Part shown: in pieces, positions 9,165 to 19,500 of the stretch
Layout of the letters: each line of letters starts with the position of its first letter
How positions within the stretch are numbered: position 1 is the first letter of the stretch
Origin: Candidatus Zixiibacteriota bacterium
Lineage (GTDB): Bacteria; Zixibacteria; MSB-5A5; GN15; FEB-12
Length of the DNA stretch: 29,012 nt
Direction: 5' to 3'
Assembly (NCBI GenBank): GCA_041742355.1
Contig: JBGSIV010000150.1
Coordinates: 1-29,012, forward strand
Notes under the pieces: model-generated
Databases searched by the model: none
The model's input: only the letters and a program-made list of their open reading frames with translations
What the model was told of the DNA's origin: nothing
Program-made: the position numbers and the translations under genes

Positions 9165-10083
9165 TGGAGAACAGCGCCTCCGCGTACTGCTTCGGATCGA
9201 AGCGCTGGATATCGTCGATCCCCTCGCCCAGCCCGATGAAATCGACTGGCACATTGAGTTCTTCGGCGACCGCGATCATCACGCCCCCCTTGGCTGTGCC
9301 GTCGAGCTTGGTGATAATGAGACCGTCGCAGCCGACCGCTTCGGTGAAGATCTTCACCTGCGAGATGGCGTTCTGACCGGTGGATCCGTCGAGAATGAGC
9401 CGGGTGTAGATCTTTGCCTCCGGCACCGCCTTGGCGATCACCCGGTGGATTTTCTTCAGCTCTTCCATCAGGTTGGACTTGGTGTGCAGGCGCCCGGCTG
9501 TGTCCACCAGGAGCAGGTCCATCCCGCGGGCATGCGCCGCTTTGGCGGCATCAAAGGCCACCGACGCCGGATCCGAATGCTCCTGCGGGCGAACGATGCT
9601 GACATTGCTGCGTTGCGCCCAGATGGCGATCTGGTCGATCGCCGCCGCCCGAAACGTGTCACAGGCGGCAATGCTGACCTTGAGCCCCTCTTTCGAAAAC
9701 CACGTGGCCAGTTTGCCGATCGTCGTGGTCTTGCCGACGCCATTGACCCCCACAATCAGCCAGACGACCGGCCGGGGGTCATCGGGGTGGAGCAGCGGGC
9801 GGTCGTTGCGGGCGAGGATTGCGGCAATCTCCTCTTTGAGCAGGGCGATCACAGCCTCGCCTTCGGTCAGACCGCGCTGCCGGGCTTTCTCTTTGATGCT
9901 CTCGATGAGGTGGGTTGTGGCCTGGACGCCAACATCGGCTTCGATGAGAATCTGCTCGATTTCCTCCAGCAGCTCGTCGTCAAGCTTGCGGCGCATCACC
10001 ACCTGGGTGATTTGCCCGATGATCCGGTCCTTAGTTTTGGTGAGCGAATTCTTGAGCTTCTCGAACGATCCGAAAAATCCCAT
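9157..10083 (-). CDS. ftsY: SRP receptor FtsY (NG domain only)
   Basis: LIEADVG, GVNGVGKTTTIGKLA, DTFRAAA, DTAGRLHTK, TKLDGTAKGG, GLGE. Confidence 0.97.
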   Translation of the reverse strand: MGFFGSFEKLKNSLTKTKDRIIGQITQVVMRRKLDDELLEEIEQILIEADVGVQATTHLIESIKEKARQRGLTEGEAVIALLKEEIAAILARNDRPLLHPDDPRPVVWLIVGVNGVGKTTTIGKLATWFSKEGLKVSIAACDTFRAAAIDQIAIWAQRSNVSIVRPQEHSDPASVAFDAAKAAHARGMDLLLVDTAGRLHTKSNLMEELKKIHRVIAKAVPEAKIYTRLILDGSTGQNAISQVKIFTEAVGCDGLIITKLDGTAKGGVMIAVAEELNVPVDFIGLGEGIDDIQRFDPKQYAEALFSNE

Positions 10084-10089
10084 GTTCCC

Positions 10090-13000
10090 TTAGCTTTCGA
10101 TTTCAGATTCAGGCTTGGAAACAACCGGTGACTGCAGACGCTCCTGGATGGCCGACGGCAAGTTGTAATCTTTCGCCTCTTCGGATTCGGGTTCGTCCGG
10201 AGCCGCCTCGATTCCCACCGGTGCGGGATCCCTGGCGATAACGATCGGGGCCGCCTCGGTCCGCTCGCCGGTCTCGATCGGCTGCGTCGTGTCGGTCGTC
10301 ACACGCCCCTGATCGTCCTCGGTGAAGCGCACCGCGACCAGCTGCGAGATGCCCGGCTGGCCCATCGTTACGCCGTAGAGGTTGTTGGCCGCCTCCATGG
10401 TGATCTTGTTGTGCGTGATGTTGATGAACTGCGTCTGGTTCGAGAAGGTATCGATAATGCGCAGGAATCGACGGCAATTGGCGTCGTCGAGCGGAGCGTC
10501 GATTTCATCGAGGATGCAGAACGGCGACGGCTTCACCATGTAGAGAGAGAAGAGCAGCGAGATCGCCGTCAGGGCGCGCTCGCCGCCGGACATCATGGTG
10601 ATCGACAGGAGCTTCTTGCCTCGCGGGCGGGCGATAATGTCGATATCAGTCTCGAGCGGATCGTCGGGATCGACCATGCGGATATCGGCTTCGCCGCCGG
10701 AGAACAGCTCGACAAAGAGCTTGCGGAAATTCTGCTGGACCTGGGCAAAGGTGTCGCAGAAGAGCTGCTTGGCCGTCTGATTGATCTTGTTCAGGGTCGA
10801 CTGCAGATCATTGCGCGCTCCGGTCAGGTCGTTAAGCTGGTCGCCGAGGAATTTCTCGCGCTCCTCGGCAGTCTTATACTCCTCAAGCGCGAGGAGGTTG
10901 ACCGCGCCGAACGTCTTGATCTGCTCTTTACGGTCCGCAAGGAGCTTCACCGCCGCCTGGTCCTCGACCGACTCGTCAGGTTTGGGCGCTTCGATTTCGC
11001 CGATGTCGACACTGTACTCCTCGCGGGCGCGTTCGCTGATCGCGCGGATCTCGGACTCGAGGGTATTGAGCCGCATCTCGGTGTCATGCCGGCGGTTCGA
11101 AAGCGCCTCGCGCGCGGCGCGAATCTCCTTGAGCTGCTTTTCCCGGCCCGACAGCTGCTCCATCAACTCGGCCTGCGACGACCGCAACTCGGTCTGCTGC
11201 TGCGCCACCTGCGCCCGCTCCTCGAACGTCTGGCGCAGGCGCTCCTCGAGGTCGGCGATACGCTGGCCGCCGGTTTCGATATCCTGGCGGGCCTGTTCAT
11301 TCTCGCGAGTCTTGTCTTCAATCGTCCGCGCAATCTCATGCTGCAACTCGCCGACATGGGTCAGCCGGCTCTCTGTCTGCTCAATACGGCTGCGCGCCTC
11401 GACCAGCGCCACCTGCAAGCGGGAGACCCGCTCCGCGGCGGCTGACGACGCCCGCTCAAGGTCTGCCAGGCGCTCGCTCGCGGCCGACATCTCGCTGACG
11501 AGACTCTCCTTCTGCCCGGCGAGCTTGCTGTAGTCCAGGCCGAGGCCGTACTGGCGGTGGCGAATACGCTCGAGCTTGTCGATCGTCTGCCGTCGCTCAC
11601 GATCGAGCCGGGCGAGTTCATTCGTCACCGTCCGCTGCTGGAACTCCCGCTCGGCAATTTCGGCCCGACAGGCGGCGACCGCTTCGCCGAGATCCTCGAT
11701 CCGGTTGGAAAGGGCGCCCGATTCGGCGCGCGCGGCGGCAATCTGCGCCGTCACTTCGTTCTTGTGTCGCTGCGCATCGGCGTACTTCGCCTGCAAATTG
11801 TCGATCTCAGCCTGCTGCTCGGCCACCTTCTCCTTGCGGCGGAAGAGCGGAAACTTGTCGTCCGAGCCGCCCGCGATCACGTTCTTTCCGTACACGCGGC
11901 CGTCCGTCGAGACTGCCTGAAAACCGTAGGGGAGACGTTCGAGAATCGGGTCGGGGTTGCCGCCCGCCTTGAATATCGCCGTGCGCGACAACACCGCTTC
12001 CATGAGCGGCCGTAAGTTGTCGTCCGTCGAAACGAAATTGTCAAGCCAACCGACAAAATGCGGAACGTGGGAGAAGTCCGGACGCTTGGTCACCGGATTG
12101 ATCATACCCGTCTCGGGAACCAGAATCCCGATGCGTCCGCGACTCTCGGCCCGCAGGTATTCGATAATCTCTTCGGCCGTACGGCGGTGGTCGCAGATGA
12201 GGAAGCCCGACCAGTCTCCGAGGGCCGCCTCGGTGGCGATTTCGAGACCCTCGCTCGGAACAAAAGTGTCGGCCACCGTACCCATCACGCCCGGCCAGCG
12301 GCCCGGATCCTCCAGAACCGCAACAACACCCGACTCGTAGCCCTCGAACTGCAGGATCATGTCCTCGAGGAGGTGCTTGCGGGCCTGGCAGGCCTCGATT
12401 GACGCCGTCAGGCCGGCCATCTCCTCCGCCAGTTCGCCGTTGGAGTCAATGAGAGTCTCGAGACGGGCGGTGAGATCGACCAGCGTCTGCTCGGCCTGAC
12501 TCTTCGCCGCCGTGGCATCGGTAAGCTTCTGATTGTGGTCCAGCAGTTCGCGTTCCACAGTCTGCTGGCGAAAGCGGTGTTCGTCGATCTGCTTCTGGAA
12601 GTGCTCGGCCTGCGCCGCCAGATCCCGCTCCTGTTCGCGCAGGCTGTCCTCTTCGGCTTTGCCGGAGGAGAGCCGCCCCTCCAGCTCGATCAGGCTGCGG
12701 TTTTCGTTCTCGCGCGCGGAGCGGGCCGCTATGAGACGACGATCCGCTTCGGCCTGTTCTGTCTCCGCCTGGGCCAGCTGCCCGGTTACCGTGTCAAGTT
12801 CGAGCCGCTGCTTCTCGATCAGCGTGGCTGCTTCGGTTTGCTGCTCCGTGAGCGTGCGGGCTCGTTCGCGCAGCGCGAACATGTCCTGCTCGTTGCGCTC
12901 CACCGTCAGCCGGGCGCCGGACCGCTTCTCGGTGAGGACCGATATCTCCTTCTCCAGCGAGTGGGCGCGCTCGGTGACCTCATACACGGCGTTGCCGATC

Positions 13001-13854
13001 TCCGTAAGGCGCCGCTCAACCGAGATCTGGCCGCTGCGCTCTTCTTCGAGAGTCGCCGAGAAACGATCCACCGCGGTTTCCTTCTCGGTCATCTCATCGG
13101 CCAGCGTTGCCAGGCTCGCCAGCAACTCGCGCTTCTCGGTGTCGACCGTGCGTACGCGCCGTGAATTGAGGTACAGCTCCCAGGCCTTGATCTCGTCGAG
13201 AATCTCCTGGTACCGCTCCGCCTTTTTGTACTGGCGCTTGAGCGATCGGACCTGGGTCTGCACTTCGGCGAAAATATCTTTCAGACGCAGCAGGTCGTGT
13301 TCCGTCGCTTCGAGCTTCCTCAAGGCGATCCGCTTGCGCTGTTTATACTTGGTGATCCCCGCCGCTTCCTCGAAGAGGAACCGCCGCTCCTCGGCCTTGT
13401 CCGAAATGACGGCATCGATCATATCCTGCTGGATAACCGAGTAGGAGTGAGCCCCGACACCGGTGCCGTAGAACAGCTCCTGGATATCCTTCAGGCGGCA
13501 CGGAACTCTGTTGAGCAGGTACTCGGACTCGCCGCTCCGGAACAGCCGTCGGGTGACCTGGACCTCATGGTACTCGACCGGGAGCACGCCGCGATCGTTG
13601 ATGAGCGTGAGGGAGACCTCGGCCATCCCCATCGGCTTGGCCTCGGCCGTGCCGTTGAAGATGACTTCCTCCATCTTGCTGCCGCGCAGGAGCGATGTCT
13701 TCTGCTCCCCGAGCACCCAGCGCAGAGCGTCGAGAATATTCGTCTTCCCGCACCCGTTGGGTCCGACGACGGCCGTTATTCCGTGGGAAAAGTGAACAGT
13801 GGTCTTATTGGCAAAGGACTTAAAACCGAGAATATCAAGTTTCTTCAGATACAC
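10090..13854 (-). CDS. smc: Chromosome segregation protein SMC
   Basis: YLKKLDILGFKSFA, Walker A GPNGCGKTN, coiled coils and hinge, signature MSGGE, Walker B FCILDEIDAPLD. GTG 13854 has a GGAGG RBS, so the start is moved from 13884. Confidence 0.97.
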   Translation of the reverse strand: MYLKKLDILGFKSFANKTTVHFSHGITAVVGPNGCGKTNILDALRWVLGEQKTSLLRGSKMEEVIFNGTAEAKPMGMAEVSLTLINDRGVLPVEYHEVQVTRRLFRSGESEYLLNRVPCRLKDIQELFYGTGVGAHSYSVIQQDMIDAVISDKAEERRFLFEEAAGITKYKQRKRIALRKLEATEHDLLRLKDIFAEVQTQVRSLKRQYKKAERYQEILDEIKAWELYLNSRRVRTVDTEKRELLASLATLADEMTEKETAVDRFSATLEEERSGQISVERRLTEIGNAVYEVTERAHSLEKEISVLTEKRSGARLTVERNEQDMFALRERARTLTEQQTEAATLIEKQRLELDTVTGQLAQAETEQAEADRRLIAARSARENENRSLIELEGRLSSGKAEEDSLREQERDLAAQAEHFQKQIDEHRFRQQTVERELLDHNQKLTDATAAKSQAEQTLVDLTARLETLIDSNGELAEEMAGLTASIEACQARKHLLEDMILQFEGYESGVVAVLEDPGRWPGVMGTVADTFVPSEGLEIATEAALGDWSGFLICDHRRTAEEIIEYLRAESRGRIGILVPETGMINPVTKRPDFSHVPHFVGWLDNFVSTDDNLRPLMEAVLSRTAIFKAGGNPDPILERLPYGFQAVSTDGRVYGKNVIAGGSDDKFPLFRRKEKVAEQQAEIDNLQAKYADAQRHKNEVTAQIAAARAESGALSNRIEDLGEAVAACRAEIAEREFQQRTVTNELARLDRERRQTIDKLERIRHRQYGLGLDYSKLAGQKESLVSEMSAASERLADLERASSAAAERVSRLQVALVEARSRIEQTESRLTHVGELQHEIARTIEDKTRENEQARQDIETGGQRIADLEERLRQTFEERAQVAQQQTELRSSQAELMEQLSGREKQLKEIRAAREALSNRRHDTEMRLNTLESEIRAISERAREEYSVDIGEIEAPKPDESVEDQAAVKLLADRKEQIKTFGAVNLLALEEYKTAEEREKFLGDQLNDLTGARNDLQSTLNKINQTAKQLFCDTFAQVQQNFRKLFVELFSGGEADIRMVDPDDPLETDIDIIARPRGKKLLSITMMSGGERALTAISLLFSLYMVKPSPFCILDEIDAPLDDANCRRFLRIIDTFSNQTQFINITHNKITMEAANNLYGVTMGQPGISQLVAVRFTEDDQGRVTTDTTQPIETGERTEAAPIVIARDPAPVGIEAAPDEPESEEAKDYNLPSAIQERLQSPVVSKPESEIES

Positions 13855-14497
13855 CGTTCCTCCGATCCGCAAAGGCGTCGTCAAGCGCGACCGCCTGTTC
13901 CCCGTGACCCTCCGGAGACTCCGGCGATTCCTGCTCCTCCTGCATCTGGCCGTCTCTGAGGTGCCTCAAGGTCTCAATCAGCGAGCGATAGATGTTGCGC
14001 TCATCCCGCAGATACTTCGTCTTGATCTCAAGATTATAATACGGCCGTCCAAGATGGTTCCCGCGCCCGATCCGCACCGCCTCAGGAAGTGACAGCAGAA
14101 TGCTGGATGTGAAATCGGATGCGACGAGATTCAGATCCATGACGACCTCGAACTTGTAGTCCCGCAGGAACTGAATGTAGCTCTTGCCGGCCAGACCGGC
14201 CCAGGTGAGCTGGTCGGCCGAGGGCGTCAGGATATTAAACCCCTTGCGCGGGAAAATGTCCGCGATCTGCAGCCCCGGCATCGACAGCAGCGTGACAGTC
14301 GCCGGTTTGAACAGATCCCGGATCTCGGGCAGGAACTGCTTGATCGTGGTCAATTCCCGGAGCTCACCCGGAAGACAGATGAGGATCTTCCGGGTATTCA
14401 ACAACACATCGGGATACTGAAACGTCGGCGACGGCATCTGCTTGCGCAGGCGGTTCAGCTGCGTCCGGGCGACGAACTTTTTCAATCCGGCCATCAT
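13835..14497 (-). CDS. Hypothetical protein resembling one Rossmann half of GT9/heptosyltransferase-like proteins
   Basis: 220 aa; RKILICLP...VTLL...KFEVVMDL...AVRIG pattern; overlaps both neighbours, suggesting translational coupling. Confidence 0.55.
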   Translation of the reverse strand: MMAGLKKFVARTQLNRLRKQMPSPTFQYPDVLLNTRKILICLPGELRELTTIKQFLPEIRDLFKPATVTLLSMPGLQIADIFPRKGFNILTPSADQLTWAGLAGKSYIQFLRDYKFEVVMDLNLVASDFTSSILLSLPEAVRIGRGNHLGRPYYNLEIKTKYLRDERNIYRSLIETLRHLRDGQMQEEQESPESPEGHGEQAVALDDAFADRRNGVSEET

Positions 14498-15408
14498 GGC
14501 GTTTGTGTCGAATCTCCTGTTGTCTCCGCCGGCATCTCCGTTTGCGGGGCCGGGTTAAAGAGGGAGTCGATATTGGCCTGGTTGATCTCGACCTTCGAGA
14601 TCCGTCCGGTCTCCGGCGAGACCACATCAATCAGACGGCCGTTCAGCTCGATATCCACCACCCGCGGCACCGCCACCGACATGAGTACGCGATACTGCGC
14701 GGAAACCTGGTAGGTCCGTCCCGGGACCAGGTTCTGGAACAACGCGGTGTCGCCGTCGGTCAGTATGGTCGCCCAGCTCTCGCCGCGCAGACTCAACTTC
14801 AGGCGAAGCGAATCGCTCGGCCGGTAGTTCGGGACCGCCCAATCGTACCCGCCGTAACGCGCCTCGTTCTGCTGGGCAACGGCCTCACCGCTGGAAAGCG
14901 TGCGCCCCAGCCTGGTCCCCGGCAGGAACGTCGAGATCGCAAAGTACCCGCCGACCATCAGGACCACCGCTGCCGCGGCGGAACCGAACATAACACCGCG
15001 CGACCGCTTCTTCACCGGAGGAGCAGCATCCTCTTCAACCGCGGCTTCCGGGATCTCGGGTTCTGGCTCCGGTCGGCGCGATTTACCTTTCGCCGGAACC
15101 TTGGCCGCCGGCTTCTCCTGAGGCGTTTCCTTCCGGGGCTTTTTCACTTCCACCGGAGGTTGTTCGCCGAACTCCTCACGGATCGCTTCGGTCGTTGCAG
15201 TATAATCAATGCCGACGGATTCGGCATATGTTTTAGCGAACAAATTGAAGTAGATCGGCGTCGGCAATGCATCCACATTGCCCGCCTCAATCGCACGAAG
15301 ACTTGACTCAGGGATCCGCAGGGCTTCGGCGATCTCGTCGAGCCGTTTGCCGCGGCGTTCCCGCTCAAGTCTCAGCAATTCTCCGAATTTTGATTCTAAC
15401 TCACCCAT
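14494..15408 (-). CDS. rodZ: RodZ-like protein (HTH, linker, TM, periplasmic DUF4115-like domain)
   Basis: FGELLRLERERRGKRLDEIAEALRI...LRAIEAG...FAKTYAESVGID; Pro/Glu/Lys linker; TM segment; ESWATILTDG...IELNG. Start at ATG 15408, 10 nt after the maf stop. Confidence 0.8.
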   Translation of the reverse strand: MGELESKFGELLRLERERRGKRLDEIAEALRIPESSLRAIEAGNVDALPTPIYFNLFAKTYAESVGIDYTATTEAIREEFGEQPPVEVKKPRKETPQEKPAAKVPAKGKSRRPEPEPEIPEAAVEEDAAPPVKKRSRGVMFGSAAAAVVLMVGGYFAISTFLPGTRLGRTLSSGEAVAQQNEARYGGYDWAVPNYRPSDSLRLKLSLRGESWATILTDGDTALFQNLVPGRTYQVSAQYRVLMSVAVPRVVDIELNGRLIDVVSPETGRISKVEINQANIDSLFNPAPQTEMPAETTGDSTQTP

Positions 15409-15418
15409 GCGCAGTATG

Positions 15419-16033
15419 TTACAGACTTCCAAGCTTGCCGTTGATTTCTCCGGCGAGCCGCTCGAGGAGCGTCCGGGGGAGACCGATGACAGTATCCAGA
15501 TTACCCTCGATCCTGTCAACTAAAAAGGCTCCCATTCCCTGGATCCCATAGGCTCCCGCTTTGTCCATTGGCTCGCCACTTGCGATGTACACACGGATCT
15601 GTGACGCCGTCACCGTGTTGAAGTAGACGTCCGTTGTCTCGTAGTCCGAAGCCAATATCTCCTTTTCCGTTGCCCATACTACGGCCGTGCACACCACATG
15701 GCGGTGTCCCGACAGCGCCGTCAGGATCGCCAGGGCATCATCCTCGTCCACCGGCTTTTCCAGAACCCGGTCCCCCAGCACCACGATCGTATCGCAGGTG
15801 AGGGTGATCTGGTCGCGCTCCAGCCGGGACATGATCCAGCGGGCCTTGTCGGCCGCCAACCGCAACGCGTAGTGAAACGGTGGCTCGCCCGGCTCTCGGC
15901 ACTCCTCGACCGTCGGAATAATCTGATCGAAACGGATCCCCGTTTCCCCGAGGAGCGTGACCCGCCGCGGTGACCGCGATCCGAGCACCACCCGGCGCCG
16001 TTTGGCCAGCCGCTTAAGGTTGGGATACGCCAT
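15419..16033 (-). CDS. maf: Maf/YhdE-type nucleoside triphosphate pyrophosphatase
   Basis: VLGSRSPRR, LAADKA, CDTIVV, LEKP, LSGHRH, EPMDKAGAYGIQG, VIGLP. Start at ATG 16033 inferred, overlapping the dtd end. Confidence 0.93.
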   Translation of the reverse strand: MAYPNLKRLAKRRRVVLGSRSPRRVTLLGETGIRFDQIIPTVEECREPGEPPFHYALRLAADKARWIMSRLERDQITLTCDTIVVLGDRVLEKPVDEDDALAILTALSGHRHVVCTAVVWATEKEILASDYETTDVYFNTVTASQIRVYIASGEPMDKAGAYGIQGMGAFLVDRIEGNLDTVIGLPRTLLERLAGEINGKLGSL

Positions 16034-16466
16034 GTTCAAGAATGAATGTGACCGGTCCGTGATTGGTGAATACGACATCCATGTGCGCTCCGAATACCCC
16101 GCTTGCAACGGTGAGACCCGAGTGCTGTATCTCTTCTACAAACGTGTCGTACAATTTCTCTGCCTGATCGGGCGCCATCGCCCCGTTGAATGACGGCCGC
16201 CGCCCCTTGCGGGTGTCGGCGTAGAGCGTGAACTGCGACACGATCATGATCTCCGCACGGATCTCGAGCGCCGAGCGGTTCATCTTGCCCCCCTCGTCCT
16301 CGAAAATGCGCAGGTTCAGGATCTTGTCGGCCAGCCAGACGCAGGAAGCCGCGGTATCGCCCTCGACTGTGCCGAACAACAGGAGCAGGCCGGGGCCAAC
16401 CGCCGAATGCTGCTTGCCGTCGATCCGAACCTCGCACCCGGTCGTCCGCTGCAAAACAACTTTCAC
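16014..16466 (-). CDS. dtd: D-aminoacyl-tRNA deacylase
   Basis: KVVLQR, LRIFED, SQFTL, KGRRPSF, GVFGAHM, NHGPVT; GTG 16466 with GGAGG RBS. Confidence 0.96.
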   Translation of the reverse strand: MKVVLQRTTGCEVRIDGKQHSAVGPGLLLLFGTVEGDTAASCVWLADKILNLRIFEDEGGKMNRSALEIRAEIMIVSQFTLYADTRKGRRPSFNGAMAPDQAEKLYDTFVEEIQHSGLTVASGVFGAHMDVVFTNHGPVTFILEHGVSQP

Positions 16467-16491
16467 CTCGATTCCTCCATCTAACCGCCTG

Positions 16492-16519
16492 AATATACAC
16501 ACCTTGGGCGAAAAGACAA
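16492..16519 (-). promoter_or_regulatory. Promoter of the dtd...rlmH operon
   Basis: Minus strand TTGTCT, 16-nt spacer ending TGTG, TATATT. Confidence 0.6.
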
Positions 16520-16585
16520 CCGGAATCCCTTGCCTCGCATGCGAATCTGCTTGCTCCTGACCGATCATGACTGTTCTTTCATGGT

Positions 16586-19500
16586 ATGGGGATACCCACA
16601 GCTCTCGGCATCGACATCGGTTCAGTCTCCGTCAAAGTTGTCCTGGTGGAAAACGGAGCGGTAGTCCGATCGTCGTACGAACGATTCCGCGGCGGCCCAT
16701 TTGAGACGCTGCAGCGGCTCCTGAATGAGGAGTACAAAGGTCTTGACAGTCAGCCGATCGCCCTCGGTCTGACGGGCATCGGCGGCAAAACCGCCCAGTC
16801 CATCCTGCGCGGCAAATTCTACGGCGAAATCGCGGCCATCGCCGCCGGCAATTTCCACCTCCTGCCGCACGTCCGCACCGTGATCGAAATGGGGGGAGAG
16901 GATTCCAAGCTACTCATTCTCGACGGCGTGCGGCGAACGGTCGACGATTTCGCCATGAACGCCCAGTGCGCCGCCGGGACCGGGTCGTTTCTCGACCAGC
17001 AGGCCGCCCGCCTGCGCATTTCCATCGAAGATGAATTCGGACAACTCGCCCTGAAATCGGTTCGCCCCCCCCGGATTGCCGGGCGGTGCTCGGTCTTTGC
17101 CAAATCCGACATGATCCACCTGCAGCAGGTGGCGACACCCGATTACGACATCGTGGCCGGACTCTGCTTCGCTGTCGCCCGCAACTTCAAGAGCTCGATC
17201 GCCCGGGGGAAACGGTTCGACCCGCCGGTCGCATTCGAAGGGGGCGTAGCCGCCAATCCCGGCATGATCCGGGCCTTCACCGAAATTTTGGAGCTGCCTC
17301 CCAGGGCGCTCATTATTCCCGATCATCACAAAGTCATGGGCGCACTCGGCGCTGCCCTCCTGGCGGCCGCCGATCACGAAGCCGCCTGCGACTTTCAGGC
17401 GGACCGCATTGCCGCCTACCTTGAGTACCGGGAAGTCACTGAGTCGAGCCGTCCCGCCCTTGTTTTCGGCGCCCCTGAAAGCAAATTCTACGATGTCACG
17501 CGTGCCGCTCGACCGACCGATATCGATGGCCTCGAAGTGTACCTCGGAATCGACGTCGGCTCGTTGTCCACCAATGTCGTCCTGATTGACCGGGACCATC
17601 GGGTAATCGCCCGCCGCTACCTAATGACCGAAGGACGGCCGATCGAAGCGGTCCGCCGTGGAATTGAGGAAGTCGGCGCCGAAGTCGGGAATCGGGTTAT
17701 CGTCAAGGCGGTTGGCACCACCGGGTCGGGGCGATACCTGATCGGGGATTTTGTCGGGGCCGACGTCGTCCGCAACGAGATTACCGCCCAGGCGACTGCC
17801 GCAGTTAATATCGACCCGACCGTCGACACGATTTTCGAGATCGGCGGGCAGGACTCCAAGTATATCGCGATCGATGATCGCGCGGTCATCGACTTTGAGA
17901 TGAATAAGGCCTGTGCGGCCGGCACGGGGTCGTTCCTGCAGGAGCAGGCGGAGAAGCTGGATATCAATATCGAGGCCGAGTTCGGCGAACGGGCGCTCTG
18001 CGCGAAATGCCCTGTCGGCTGCGGCGAACGCTGCACCGTCTTCATGGAATCCGACCTTGTCGCCCACCAGCGCACCGGTGTTCCCAAAGACGATCTCCTG
18101 GCCGGCCTCGCTTATTCCATCGCCTCCAACTACCTGACCAAAGTCGTCGGGGATCGGCGCATCGGGAAGAACATCTTCTTCCAGGGCGGCGTGGCCTGGA
18201 ACCAGGCGGTCGTGGCCGCCTTCGAGAGCCTTGTCGGCCAGACGATTACCGTCCCGCCGCATCACGATGTCACCGGGGCGATCGGCGCGGCCATCCTCGC
18301 GGCGGAACGACTCGACGAGCCCGGTTTCCGCACCGGTTTCAAAGGTTTCGACCTGCACAAGCGGCGCTACGACATCGATTCGTTCGCCTGCGAAGACTGC
18401 TCCAATCAGTGCGAGATTCACAAAGTGGCCATCGAGGGGGAAGAACCGCTCTACTATGGTGCGCGGTGCGAAAAGTACGATCTCGAGCGGCACGACCGCG
18501 CCGAACTCCCCCCCGATCACTTCACCGCACGGCAGAAGTTCCTGTTCAAGCGCTGGATCGATATCCCCCAGGCAAAAGCATCGCGTGGACGAATCGGACT
18601 GCCGCTCGTGCTGCACTTCTACGAGTACTACCCCTTCTGGCGGGCCTTCTTCGAAAGCGCGGGGTTCACCGTTGTCCGCTCAGGTGCGACCACGGCCGCT
18701 ATTACCAGCCAGGCGCTCGAGCTGTTCAGCGCCGAAACGTGCTTCCCGATCAAGCTGGTCTACGGCCATGTCCAGACCCTGCTCAACCGCAAAGTCGACT
18801 ACATTTTCCTCCCCTCGCTGATCAAAGTGGCCGGCCCCGAGGAAACCGACAGCGAAGGGGCCTTCATCTGCCCCTACGTGCAGAGTGTCGGATCACAGAT
18901 CCAGGGGCGGTTCGATTTCGCCGCCGAGGGTGTGCGCTTCGTCAGTACCCCCGTATCGCTCAGCGATTCCATCGACGCCCTCCGACAGAAACTCAAGGCG
19001 TTGGCAAAGGAGTTCGGGCTGTCCGATCGCGAGTTCAATGCGGCTCTCGACCAGGGCCTCAAGGCGTACCGCAGTTATCGGGAGGCCGTGCGCGAGGCCG
19101 GACGTACGGCGCTGGCGGAGCTCGGCGACGACGAAAAGGTGCTCGTGGTGGTGAGCCGGCCGTACAACGGGTTCGACCGCCGCCTCTCGCTGGAGCTGCC
19201 CGAAAAAATCCGCAACCTCGGCTTCAAGGCCATCCCCCTGGATTACCTCCCGTTGGAGGATGAAGGAACCGAGTTCCCGTACATGTACTGGAGCTACGGC
19301 CGGAAAATCATGCAGGCGGCCGACTACATCCGCCGCCAACCGAACCTGTTCGCCGTGTACATCTCTTCTTTCGGGTGCGGTCCAGATTCGTTCATCACGC
19401 ACTTTTTCCGCAAGCAGATGATCGGCAAGCCGCACCTGCAACTCGAACTCGATGAGCACTCGGCCGACGCTGGCATGATCACCCGCTGCGAGGCCTTCGT

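Noticed and set aside
16551..16588. Leaderless promoter for the activase gene (TTGCTC-N17-TTCTTT, no RBS)
   Set aside because: The -10 match is too weak to support a call.
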